A stretch of DNA of 64,000 nucleotides, taken from positions 640,001 to 704,000 of the forward strand of contig CAXXVZ010000002.1 of assembly GCA_963678065.2 (NCBI GenBank), in the 5' to 3' direction. The position numbers and the translations under genes are program-made. The notes under the pieces are model-generated. The model had not been told where the DNA came from and did not search any database. It saw only the letters and a list, made by a program, of their open reading frames with translations. Of the stretch, positions 1-8,951 are shown one piece after another. The stretch comes from Treponemataceae bacterium. GTDB lineage: Bacteria > Spirochaetota > Spirochaetia > Treponematales > Rectinemataceae. Numbering within the stretch: position 1 is the stretch's first letter; each line of letters starts with the position of its first letter.

Positions 1-113
1 GGTTGATAAACGGCTACAGGAACATCATCAACATTGATCACCTCTATCCTGTGCTTATTGCTTTTTTTTCTTTCCGTCGTAGTTTCCTTTTTGTCGTTCT
101 TTTGATCACTCAT
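1..113 (-). CDS. partial CDS (5' end only), hypothetical protein
   Basis: ATG at 113, 5 nt after the NUDIX stop; frame MSDQKNDKKETT...VAVYQ stays open to the window edge. Confidence 0.45.
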   Translation of the reverse strand, partial: MSDQKNDKKETTTERKKSNKHRIEVINVDDVPVAVYQ

Positions 114-118
114 TTTCG

Positions 119-568
119 CTAATTGATATCGCCCCAATATACTTCTGGGTATTGGCATTTAATTCTCTCGACCAAAACTTTCGGATATACTCTATGTCGC
201 ATACTCTCATCGATTTCTATCCATTCAATCCCGTTTTGCCCATCATCAATATGATTTGCTTTACTCTTATCCGGTGAAGAAATCAAGGTGCATTCGAACA
301 TATACTCTACCTGGTGATTATTATCGATTGCACCGAATTCATGATTCTTTCCAATATACTCTCTTATGAATAAAAGTTTCCCAACACTGATTTCTGCTCC
401 CAACTCTTCCATGCATTCCCGCTTTACGGTATCCACAAATGTTTCATTTTTTTCTTGTCCTCCTCCAGGAAGAATATAGTAGTAACCATCACTGTCACTT
501 TTTCTTGTACACAAAAGCTTGTTATTCTCGATTATTATCGCTTTCACGGAATTTCTGACTGGATACAT
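119..568 (-). CDS. NUDIX hydrolase
   Basis: Nudix box PGGGQEKNETFVDTVKRECMEELG. Confidence 0.9.
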   Translation of the reverse strand: MYPVRNSVKAIIIENNKLLCTRKSDSDGYYYILPGGGQEKNETFVDTVKRECMEELGAEISVGKLLFIREYIGKNHEFGAIDNNHQVEYMFECTLISSPDKSKANHIDDGQNGIEWIEIDESMRHRVYPKVLVERIKCQYPEVYWGDIN

Positions 569-589
569 TTGATCTCCCTAAAATTGATT

Positions 590-931
590 TCAAATTTGCT
601 GTTCATTCTCGACAAAAATAGCGGACATGCACTTTCCATTAAGAAATTCCAATGCCGACTTTATCTCACATTCAGTGCAATTATACATGATCTTTATTTC
701 TGCATCGTTTTTCTTACTATCAACTGTACAAATAATTCCTTGAATGATGTTACTGCACAGACTTCCTACAAAAATATCAATTCCACCACCATCAACAGTT
801 GTGGTTTTTTCTAAATATCCATAATCAAGTGGGTATATCATTTCTGAATACCTTGGATGAGAATTACCTTTACGTCTATCAATTACGATTTGATGGTCCT
901 TAACCAATCTGCCCAAAGCTTCCCAATACAC
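590..931 (-). CDS. inorganic pyrophosphatase-like small protein
   Basis: HPRY...YPLDYGYL...DGGGIDIF motif. Confidence 0.75.
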   Translation of the reverse strand: MYWEALGRLVKDHQIVIDRRKGNSHPRYSEMIYPLDYGYLEKTTTVDGGGIDIFVGSLCSNIIQGIICTVDSKKNDAEIKIMYNCTECEIKSALEFLNGKCMSAIFVENEQQI

Positions 932-956
932 TTCTTACCCCCTGCGCGAAGCGTCC

Positions 957-1064
957 ATCTTACTGATACTTAATCGGCAACGCGAACATGGCGCGGTTCG
1001 TGCCAAACGAAGCGACAGCACGCAACCATGCCATAGCGTTGTCAGAAGGTGACTGCTGTCACTC
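957..1064 (-). other. degenerate attC-like site
   Basis: Imperfect hairpin right after the TenA stop; minus-strand core GTAAGAT followed by GGACGCTTCGCGC, a motif also seen after other sites. Confidence 0.6.
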
Positions 1065-1892
1065 GATCCACTTCACCCCCCTGTAAACACCATCCCAAAA
1101 AATGTATTCCAGCTTCATTGCGGTTACATACGCTTTTTCCATTTTCAGCCTGTTTTCGTCGGTTGTCGCCCGCATATGCTTCTCGACGAAATCGATAACC
1201 TTCTTGGTCTCGCTGGTTTCCCAGGGAGCCTCCCTATATCCGTCGATCCATCCCTGGTATTTGCCGCCCTTCTCTTTTGCCAACTGGCTCATATCAACAC
1301 CAAGCTGGTAATAAATCCAGCGGCAGGGCAAAGTGGCCATCAAGCCCACCTCAAAAGGCTCGAGCGTCGCGGTCTTGACGAGAAAAGAGTTGTAAAACTC
1401 CGTGCTGGGATAGAGGGGTGAGTTTATCAACTCCTCTCTACCTATATTGAATTTTTCAATATAGGTATTGTGAATCTGTTCGATTTCTTCGTCTATTTCG
1501 TTAATCAAGTTCACGATGACCTTCATCGCCGTCTCGTCCGGGGCTTTTGCGAGCAGAATCCCATAAACTTTCTTGTAGTTTTGGAGATAAAGATAATCTT
1601 GAATGATGTAGTTTTTGAACACTTGCTCGTCGAGTTCGCCGCTGAGCAACTCCTGGTTGAAGGGTAGGTTCAGGATTTTCCGGTAGAACGTGAAATTTTC
1701 ATCCCAAATCAGCAGCGTAAAACTTCCCGAACGATTCAGCTTGTCCGCAATGGTGGTCATGATTTCGACCATCTCATCCCGGCGCGCGTTGGGGTCCGGC
1801 TTCGGACACGGCCCCTCGGCTTGGATCTGCCTGCCGAACAGCAGGCATAGGATCATCCATACAATGGAGAACAATTGCCGGTTCTTCATCAT
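1059..1892 (-). CDS. tenA: TenA/thiaminase II family protein with signal-peptide-like N-terminus
   Basis: YIIQDYLYL, LPCRWIY (catalytic Cys position), YQGWIDGY, EYIFWD; start MMKNRQ after GGGAG. Confidence 0.8.
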   Translation of the reverse strand: MMKNRQLFSIVWMILCLLFGRQIQAEGPCPKPDPNARRDEMVEIMTTIADKLNRSGSFTLLIWDENFTFYRKILNLPFNQELLSGELDEQVFKNYIIQDYLYLQNYKKVYGILLAKAPDETAMKVIVNLINEIDEEIEQIHNTYIEKFNIGREELINSPLYPSTEFYNSFLVKTATLEPFEVGLMATLPCRWIYYQLGVDMSQLAKEKGGKYQGWIDGYREAPWETSETKKVIDFVEKHMRATTDENRLKMEKAYVTAMKLEYIFWDGVYRGVKWIE

Positions 1893-1922
1893 ACAACTCC
1901 CTTTTTGATCACAGATTATGTT

Positions 1923-1964
1923 GGTGAACATACGCTTAACCTTCTATGAGAAACGCAGTCAAGC
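1923..1964 (-). other. short/truncated attC-like site
   Basis: Minus strand CTTGAC..TCTCATAGAAGGTTAAGCGTATGTTCACC; close copy at 3932-3972. Confidence 0.6.
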
Positions 1965-2402
1965 AGCTTCCCCCATATCGTTCATGACCCGATTCATCTC
2001 CCGCATTTTTCGTCCACGTTTGTTCAGCCCTTCTCTTTTATATAGTCTGATATTCTATCAAATCGCTCTGCCCAAATACATCCGTAATAATTCGCAGGAA
2101 TTTCCTGTATATCATTGATTGAGCCAAATCCCCCAGACCACGGTCCTTTTTTCTTCACAACTACTATCCTGGTATAGGCACTATTCATTTTTTTGATAAT
2201 TGCTACTGCTTCATCATTTCCAAAAACTCTTCCCCTGGGAATTCCTTGATAACATCATCAAATGGCGGCATTAATCCAATACCAGTATTTCGTAGGGGCA
2301 TAAATAATGGCTACGATATTTGTATCCCATTTCACTTTCTCAATGTCAAAGGTTTGTGCAAGCCCTCAAGGTCGATCGAGATGCTAGATTTCTACCTTCT
2401 TG

Positions 2403-3230
2403 TCAAATCATCAAACAGACCATTTCCAACAGATGGTCACCCATTTCTTGATCTCCTTCTACCGTAACCTTTCTTTCGAATAAGCTGCTATTGAACCGCG
2501 TAAAAACCTTCCAGGCGATGTTCTGATCAATGACGATTCTTGTGTCACCCGATTTTCCGCTCTTGCGCAGAAGTATTCTTTCGCCGTCCATCCACTCAAG
2601 GAACCACTTACCTCCGGCAATACCAACTACCTCGACCTCAAGGAGATATCCATTTTCTCTGGTGAAACATCTGTAGTGATGAGGCAATGCTTCCATGAAA
2701 GTATCAAGAACCGGATAATACAGTTCTTTGGTAAGAAGACCAGACCTTCCTAAGGCTTCCCGGACCTGCATCTGATGATGCCACCGTTCAGTGTATTCAC
2801 GCGCAATGTCAAACCAATTGCAGGACTCAGTCTGACCTGCCCAGGCGACCGGATTGACTGCCTTCTGATCGGGGTCAAGTCTTTCCAGAAAGAGCATGAG
2901 ATCCTCTTGGTACTTTTCAACAAGCTCAACCAAAATACTGGGACTCACGACAGTGAAAGCATTGGCCCATCGATCTGCCAACTCTGTGATGTGTCTGATC
3001 AGATCATCGTAGGTTTGGATAGTTATTTTTTGCGGTGCTTCATAGTTGTCTCTTTGTGCAGAGAGCCGACGCACGGATGTATCGAGCAAATGTGCGACGA
3101 TATCTTTCACCTTCCAGTTCGGAAAGTTGGTATCAGCCATCCATTCCTCTGCGTGCAGGCTTGCGAGCAATTCGGTGAGATGAAGATTGAGTTTCCGAAA
3201 TACATGGATTGTTTCAACCTTGTAGGACAT
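2403..3230 (-). CDS. maleylpyruvate isomerase N-terminal domain (MDMPI/DinB superfamily) protein
   Basis: WKVKDIVAHL and ERWHHQMQVREA motifs. Confidence 0.8.
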   Translation of the reverse strand: MSYKVETIHVFRKLNLHLTELLASLHAEEWMADTNFPNWKVKDIVAHLLDTSVRRLSAQRDNYEAPQKITIQTYDDLIRHITELADRWANAFTVVSPSILVELVEKYQEDLMLFLERLDPDQKAVNPVAWAGQTESCNWFDIAREYTERWHHQMQVREALGRSGLLTKELYYPVLDTFMEALPHHYRCFTRENGYLLEVEVVGIAGGKWFLEWMDGERILLRKSGKSGDTRIVIDQNIAWKVFTRFNSSLFERKVTVEGDQEMGDHLLEMVCLMI

Positions 3231-3268
3231 GCTTTTTTTCCTCTTTCTTTCCCCCACCTGGAGGGTCA

Positions 3269-3333
3269 ATCTTGCATACGCTTAGCCGGCGAGCGGATTT
3301 GCCCCGCGAGTCCGGCTGAAGAGATTATTGAGT
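3269..3333 (-). other. degenerate attC-like site
   Basis: Minus strand ACTCAAT-AATCT-CTTCAGCCGG...CCGGCTAAG-CGTAT-GCAAGAT with an extrahelical base in the L box. Confidence 0.65.
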
Positions 3334-3337
3334 ATCT

Positions 3338-3886
3338 TCATTTTTCGCATTTGATAATATCCAGATTTCGTATTCGTCCATTCATTTTGTATTTCCAGCC
3401 TTTTTTTCTCAACATCTTCAGCATAATCCTGAAATAAAATCCATGGCCGACTATGGTTGCATCTTCATATCTACTCACGGTCTTCAGTATTTCATCAATT
3501 TCTTTTTCTACTATGTTACGATTCCTGGTTTGCCTTTCATTATTAAAATACCATTGCACTCTTCCATACATCATCCATTTCCATAATGGTTTTTCCTCAG
3601 GTGTACTGGTGTATGGTAAAACCGGAACTTCATCCAATTCATGCATGCTTAATTGTTGCTTATCCGGAAATAATTGCATTCCGGTTTCGATTGATCTTTT
3701 CAATTTGCTTGTAAGGATAATGCTTTCATCAGGTACAATACTTTGAATATGCGCAATTGTTTTTTTATCGATGGATTCTATATCAGCAGCATCATAACCT
3801 GAACATGCTAATGAAAAAGTATCTGAATTATACTTTTCGTCCCATGAATACTTGACCTTTGCATGTCGGATTAACGTCAATATCAC
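3338..3886 (-). CDS. histidine phosphatase family protein
   Basis: LIRHA, SKLKRSIET and VGHG motifs. Confidence 0.85.
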   Translation of the reverse strand: MILTLIRHAKVKYSWDEKYNSDTFSLACSGYDAADIESIDKKTIAHIQSIVPDESIILTSKLKRSIETGMQLFPDKQQLSMHELDEVPVLPYTSTPEEKPLWKWMMYGRVQWYFNNERQTRNRNIVEKEIDEILKTVSRYEDATIVGHGFYFRIMLKMLRKKGWKYKMNGRIRNLDIIKCEK

Positions 3887-3931
3887 AGGTTCCTCTTTTC
3901 AGACAGATTAAGACAATCGCGTGTAGCGTCT

Positions 3932-3972
3932 ACCCAACATACGCATAACCTTCTATGAGAGGCACGGTCAAG
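3932..3972 (-). other. short attC-like site with intact GTTRRRY core (GTTGGGT)
   Basis: GGTTATGCGTAT-GTTGGGT-AGACGC on the minus strand; paralogous to 1923-1964. Confidence 0.65.
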
Positions 3973-3974
3973 TC

Positions 3975-4083
3975 GCATATTGTATTCGCAAAATCTAGTT
4001 TATCCTTTTCCTGAATGCTTTTTGATTTATACAGCAATACTACTTCGGGACATAAAAATGGAATACCGTTATAGGTCAAACAT
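3975..4083 (-). pseudogene. remnant of a nucleotidyltransferase-like (ANT(2'')-family) cassette gene
   Basis: Translates to GIPFLCPEVVLLYKSKSIQEKDKLDF; no intact ORF; lies between two attC-like sites. Confidence 0.5.
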
Positions 4084-4108
4084 ATTTATCCTCTGCGCGG
4101 GAGCGTCA

Positions 4109-4216
4109 ATCTACCATACGCTTGACCGGTAATCCAGGCCCGGCGAGATTCTTGCTCCAAGGCTCAAGCAAGAATTTCGCCGGGGCGGATCGTCAAGGCT
4201 GAAACGATTGCCAGAT
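4109..4216 (-). other. degenerate attC-like site
   Basis: Long stem CCCGGCGAAATTCTTGCT/AGCAAGAATCTCGCCGGG; ends GGTCAAGCGTAT-GGTAGAT-TGACGC. Confidence 0.65.
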
Positions 4217-4282
4217 CGCCTCTCCTGATGCTAAATAATCCTCATAATACTTTTTTTTCATATGGTCAAATCCGCTCACTAA

Positions 4283-5590
4283 GGCAATGCGTCAAAATAA
4301 CTTGACTAATATATTGATTATATTATAATGAAGTATGCAAGATCAGGCAACGGTAAAACAAATAGCTTCCAAGTACAACGCACTTGTGCCCATGATGGAT
4401 GAACGAATGCGACGTCAATGGGCGGCGGCTGAAGCAAGAGCGTATGGTCGTGGTGGGATACAGGCAGTCAATACCGCGATTAAGATGTCGCCGAACACAA
4501 TACGCAAAGGAATGAATGAGCTGGCATTACGCGAAAGTAATCCGCACGAGAAGATACGCACTCGCGTACGTTTCCCAGGCGGTGGAAGAAAACGATGCAG
4601 TGAAAACGATCCCGAGTTAAGGGAAAAACTTACGAGCTTAATTGAACCAATGACACGGGGTGATCCAGAGTCGCCACTACAGTGGACGTGCCTGAGCACC
4701 AGTAATCTTGCAGATACGCTTACACGACAAGGGCACACAGTAAGCCCGCGCACGGTTGGACGGCTACTGAACGCGGAAGGCTACAGTCTACAGAGCAATC
4801 GGAAGACCAAAGAAGGAACGTCGCATCCGGATCGAAATGCGCAGTTTGAGTATATCAACACCATGGTCAAGCGGTTTCAGCGTAAAGGGAATCCAGTTAT
4901 CTCGGTAGATACGAAAAAGAAAGAATTGATTGGGGAATTTCGAAATGGAGGACGAGAATGGCGTCCCAAAGGTGAACCGGAATCTGTAATGGTTCATGAC
5001 TTCATTGATACAGAGCTGGGCAAGGCCATACCATACGGAGTCTTCGATATAAGCGAAAACAAGGGCTGGGTCAGTGTAGGAATCGACCACGATACCGCAC
5101 ATTTTGCTGCCGAAGCCATCCGACGTTGGTGGGAAAAAATGGGTGTGAAACGGTATCGTACTGCAAAAGAATTGCTGATTACCGCTGATGGTGGTGGCAG
5201 CAACGGTAGTCGATGTCGGCTCTGGAAACTTGCATTGCACGAATTAGCGAATCAGCTTGGAATGTCAATTCACGTGTGTCACTTTCCACCAGGTACCAGC
5301 AAATGGAATAAAATCGAGCACCGAATGTTTTGCCATATCACTCAGAACTGGCGAGGCCGACCGTTGATTAGCCACGAGGTAATTATTCAATTGATTGCAA
5401 ATACAACCACTGCAGCGGGACTGAAAATATGCGCAGAATTGGATTCAGGTTCGTATCCACTCGGGATCAAGGTTAGTGATGAAGAACTTGCTGCCCTGAA
5501 CATTAAGCAGGCAAAATTCCATGGCGATTGGAACTATGCTTTGCTTCCGACTAAAGAATAAAAGCAGTCAAATTATTTTGGCGCGATGCC
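4283..5590 (+). mobile_element. ISAzo13-family insertion sequence
   Basis: Imperfect ~25-bp terminal IRs GGCAATGCGTCAAAATAACTTGACT / AGTCAAATTATTTTGGCGCGATGCC; TAA duplicated at 4280-4282 and 5591-5593. Confidence 0.9.
4335..5561 (+). CDS. ISAzo13-family DDE transposase
   Basis: ISVDTKKKEL, TADGGGSN and SKWNKIEHRMF motifs. Confidence 0.95.
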   Translation: MQDQATVKQIASKYNALVPMMDERMRRQWAAAEARAYGRGGIQAVNTAIKMSPNTIRKGMNELALRESNPHEKIRTRVRFPGGGRKRCSENDPELREKLTSLIEPMTRGDPESPLQWTCLSTSNLADTLTRQGHTVSPRTVGRLLNAEGYSLQSNRKTKEGTSHPDRNAQFEYINTMVKRFQRKGNPVISVDTKKKELIGEFRNGGREWRPKGEPESVMVHDFIDTELGKAIPYGVFDISENKGWVSVGIDHDTAHFAAEAIRRWWEKMGVKRYRTAKELLITADGGGSNGSRCRLWKLALHELANQLGMSIHVCHFPPGTSKWNKIEHRMFCHITQNWRGRPLISHEVIIQLIANTTTAAGLKICAELDSGSYPLGIKVSDEELAALNIKQAKFHGDWNYALLPTKE

Positions 5591-5649
5591 TAAATGAAGC
5601 AATGGGAATGGCATATCTGCTTCCTTTCATGTTGAAACGCTTGCTAGAA

Positions 5650-6195
5650 TCACAGTGTTTCCAGGTATTCTCTTGTCATTCTTGGATTCTTGAATACTAT
5701 GAATTCTTTGTTTTTATAAGGATTTTCCTTTATCATCAGAGAATACTGTTCTTTCCTCTTTCTATACGTGTTCCATGCCCAGAACACTATCGCGTCTTTA
5801 GCCAGAAATGAATTGTAGAATGTCTCTCGGTTACCAGACCACAACTCTTCTTTTGTGACTATTCTAGTTATTGTTCTTTTAATTACTCTCCACATCACAA
5901 CTACTCTGCTATAATCAAGCCATATTACCGTATTTACACTTCCCCATGTTAAGTCTTTAACTTTATTGTAATTACCATGAATAATGTATCCAGAAGCATT
6001 TTCAATTTCTTTTATTATCTTCTCTCTGAATTCATCCGGTTCTGACTGTCTCCACTTCTCCTTCCAAAAGAGCGCATCTAGTTCTATGTCCTTAATTCCA
6101 AGTTTTTTACTCAGATTTCTGGCCAGTGTAGTTTTGCCAGATCCGCTAGTGCCAACGATGAGAATCTTTGAATTGCTATCAAATTTCTTTTTCAT
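5650..6195 (-). CDS. adenylate kinase-like / topology modulation (FlaR-like) P-loop protein
   Basis: GTSGSGKTT, IELDALFW, HGNY. Confidence 0.8.
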   Translation of the reverse strand: MKKKFDSNSKILIVGTSGSGKTTLARNLSKKLGIKDIELDALFWKEKWRQSEPDEFREKIIKEIENASGYIIHGNYNKVKDLTWGSVNTVIWLDYSRVVVMWRVIKRTITRIVTKEELWSGNRETFYNSFLAKDAIVFWAWNTYRKRKEQYSLMIKENPYKNKEFIVFKNPRMTREYLETL

Positions 6196-6220
6196 TCTAT
6201 ACTTCTTGCGCGCGGCGTCA

Positions 6221-6287
6221 GGATAGCATTTCCTTCAACATGATTGCCAGGCTTGTCCTGGCAATCATGTTGAAGGAAATGGTAGAC
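6221..6287 (-). repeat. attC-like site with a perfect 25-bp inverted repeat (6227-6251 / 6257-6281)
   Basis: CATTTCCTTCAACATGATTGCCAGG-cttgt-CCTGGCAATCATGTTGAAGGAAATG; degenerate R boxes; followed on the minus strand by TGACGCCGCGCGC. Confidence 0.75.
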
Positions 6288-6445
6288 GTTTTTTGGTATA
6301 TCAAATTATAAATCACGCTCCACAAGTTCTTTGAGTGTCTTCAAAACAATATTCTCCTCTTCTGGTTCCTGATTTGTATTCTCAATACTTCTATTGTCAA
6401 TTTTAGTTATCATAAGAGTTGTCTCATTGTTTTTTTCTTCTAACT

Positions 6446-7840
6446 GAGGCTCTTTCAAAAGTCATGAGATGAACGAATTTTAATGAAAAGCGGGGACAGA
6501 ACCTGTATGATGATGTTGCAACACAAACGTCACCAGGAGGAGCCCCCGCTGATGAAAACCATACCAGAAATACTGGGCGGAGCGCAAATACTTTTGCCGA
6601 TTTCCTACGATATCCAGCGATGTTTCGAAGAATATCTCACCGACGAGCATCGCTTTTTTATCGCCCTGCTCAGAGTCATTGAAGATGCTCAGCCACGGAT
6701 TACATCACCATGTGCACGGACTGGCCGTCCTCCACATCGGAACGAACCGATCATGCGGGCGTTTTTCGCCCGTACTGTATTCCACATAGCGACAGTCACG
6801 GACCTTAGGAACAGGCTGATCAACGATCCGAATCTGCGGAGGATATGCGGCTTCACCTCCGTTCCAAGCTCTGCGACCTTTTCGCGTCGCTACGCGGAGT
6901 TTTCAAAAAAGACTCCGCTGATTCAGACTTTGAATACCATGGTGAAGGATTGTCATGACGGCCATATCGTCGGACACATAAATCGGGATGCGACGGAGAT
7001 ACGAGCACGAGAAAAACCTGTACCTGCCAAACGTGAAGCTGTTTCTTCCGTGACACCGCAACGGAAACGAGGTCGTCCCCGAAAAGGAGAAGTTCGGCCT
7101 GTGAAGGAGCCGACACAGATAGAAAAGCAAGTCGGCCAAAGCGTCAGGAAATCCTTGTCAGAACTATCCAAAGACTGTGCATGGGGATGCAAGAAGAACA
7201 GCCAGGGGAATAGGGAAACATGGAAAGGATACAAGTTGCACCTTGATGTCAGCGACACAGGATTCCCTATTTCAGCAGTCGTAACCGGCGCCAATGTTCA
7301 TGATTCGCAAGTAGCGATTCCTCTGGAAAAGATAACAGAGAAAAAGGTCCGACATCTGTATTCAGTCATGGACGCTGCATACGATGCGGATCCCATCGCG
7401 ACCTATATCCAGGGACGTGGGCGTGTTCCGCTGATTGATCGGAATACGCGTCGTGGGACGGAACGGGAACCATTTTCGCCGTCACAGAAGGAGCGGTACA
7501 CAATCAGGACAACGGTTGAACGTGCAAACTCGCATTTGAAGGATTGGCTCATACCGGGTCAGATATTTGTACGGGGATTTGAGAAAGTATCATTCCTGCT
7601 CATGTGCGGGGTAGTGGTTCTGGCGGCCATCAAGGCTTTGCAGTACTCCATCCTTCCCGAACTGCAGAAATCGTAACCTGGTAATCCGACAGAACCGGGT
7701 TTTGTAGGCGTAGTCCATCTTTTGCACTGAAAAGAGAGCCCTTTTTACTGCACATGTAATTTTTACTGTGCAAAAACGAAGCTTCAGTTACAATAACTCG
7801 CTTTTTTACAAAGCGGATTACGAAGTTTTGAAAAAGCCTC
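6446..7840 (+). mobile_element. IS5/IS1182-like insertion sequence
   Basis: 15-bp IRs GAGGCTCTTTCAAAA / TTTTGAAAAAGCCTC; 4-bp TSD AACT at 6442-6445 and 7841-7844. Confidence 0.9.
6483..7676 (+). CDS. DDE transposase (IS4/IS5/IS1182-like); true start may be further downstream
   Basis: NRDATEI, WKGYKLHL, MDAAYD, RTTVERANSHLK. Confidence 0.92.
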   Translation: MKSGDRTCMMMLQHKRHQEEPPLMKTIPEILGGAQILLPISYDIQRCFEEYLTDEHRFFIALLRVIEDAQPRITSPCARTGRPPHRNEPIMRAFFARTVFHIATVTDLRNRLINDPNLRRICGFTSVPSSATFSRRYAEFSKKTPLIQTLNTMVKDCHDGHIVGHINRDATEIRAREKPVPAKREAVSSVTPQRKRGRPRKGEVRPVKEPTQIEKQVGQSVRKSLSELSKDCAWGCKKNSQGNRETWKGYKLHLDVSDTGFPISAVVTGANVHDSQVAIPLEKITEKKVRHLYSVMDAAYDADPIATYIQGRGRVPLIDRNTRRGTEREPFSPSQKERYTIRTTVERANSHLKDWLIPGQIFVRGFEKVSFLLMCGVVVLAAIKALQYSILPELQKS

Positions 7841-8399
7841 AACTGATAAATCATTTTGAAGTAGTTTTCTGGAATATCCTCCAACCCAGGCCTTGGTGCA
7901 AATAAACTATATGAAAGTGTATGGCAAGGTTTAAAACCTAATACTTTCCCATGTTGTTCATAGATATTGCCTTCCCATTTTGTTATGAATTTGATTGTTT
8001 CACCTACCTTCCAAGTAGTTATCAAATCAGAACCGTACTGCCATTGCTTGACAAGATCTGCCCTTGTTAATGCCGCCCAAACTTTTTCCGGTTCACTGGT
8101 TATTGTTACACATGACATGCTTTTGCTCATTTTTTATCTCCTTCCCGGCCTTTTCGACCATTAAAAATGACGAACTTTAGCCTTCCTGCTCCGGTTCCTC
8201 CGGAACAGTCTATCCTCATCACCGTGGTTGACCTACTGTTTTATCATTCCTCCTTGTCCATAGGGTTCTCGTCTGGCAGTGGGTGATGTCGTTACCACCA
8301 TGCTACCAGATTTGAACCCCTTATTCGTGGACAGGAACCGGCACGTTCTCGTCGGCGAATTGGGGGCAATTTACCACCGGCGCCGACACCGTACCGGGC

Positions 8400-8899
8400 T
8401 GACCGTCTTCTGGAAGCGGCTGTCGTTCTCGCCGATCCTCCACATCATGGCGATTCGATACGGTTTCTCCGTCGTCGATCTGACCGATGATAAACTTGCC
8501 ACGATTTTCACCTCTTGTCAAAAATGGCATTCCGTACGATACCTAAATCAGCTCATCTACTTGGCATAGAAGGAGTAACGGGGGCCTCCTCACAAGGGAG
8601 CGCCCTTTGCTTTTATAGAGGACTGGTACTCCCGCTCCAGCTTGTCGCGCGAATGTTGCCAGGTCAACATATATGCCATCCAGGGAATGAAATAGCCATC
8701 ATCGAAGAATAGATGAACGTTCGGTACGTTTTTACCGTCCTCGGCAGTTGTCAAGTATTCCTTGACAACTGCCCGTTCCGAAAGCTCCCCTCGGAGAGTA
8801 TACCGATCCATCGACGGCCCAAAGGGATACTGTGACCTTGCCATCGTGCTCAAGATGGCAACTCTCATCGCAGTAAATATTGAAACCATTCACATTCAT
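8400..8899 (-). pseudogene. mosaic of gene fragments (DUF3800-like N-terminus, rhuM pieces, hsdR C-terminus)
   Basis: FNIYCDESCHLEHD; GELSERAVVKEYLTTAEDGK; NRGKFIIGQIDDG (cf. RhuM NRGELIIYHTDDG); MMWRIGENDSRFQKTV (cf. HsdR MMQRIGENDS...FQKTV). Confidence 0.65.
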
Positions 8900-8951
8900 G
8901 CCGCATCCCCATTCCCATATCGAAGTCGACTGGCCGGCCAGTCGCGGCGGA

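Larger units (their letters stand above)
6306..8130 (-). pseudogene. SRPBCC/AHSA1-domain gene interrupted by an IS (pieces 7845-8130 and 6306-6445)
   Basis: Removing the IS and one AACT restores ...FKMIYQ-LEEKNNETTLMITK...LKELVERDL*, 141 aa. Confidence 0.9.

Noticed and set aside
1965..2400. Possible decayed cassette and partial attC (ATCTAGC near 2375-2381, minus strand)
   Set aside because: No ORF or family recognisable and only a fragment of the hairpin; too weak to call.
7630..7840. C-terminal part of the 166-aa ORF in the track
   Set aside because: Read-through into the IS right end; the real C-terminus is at 6306-6445.
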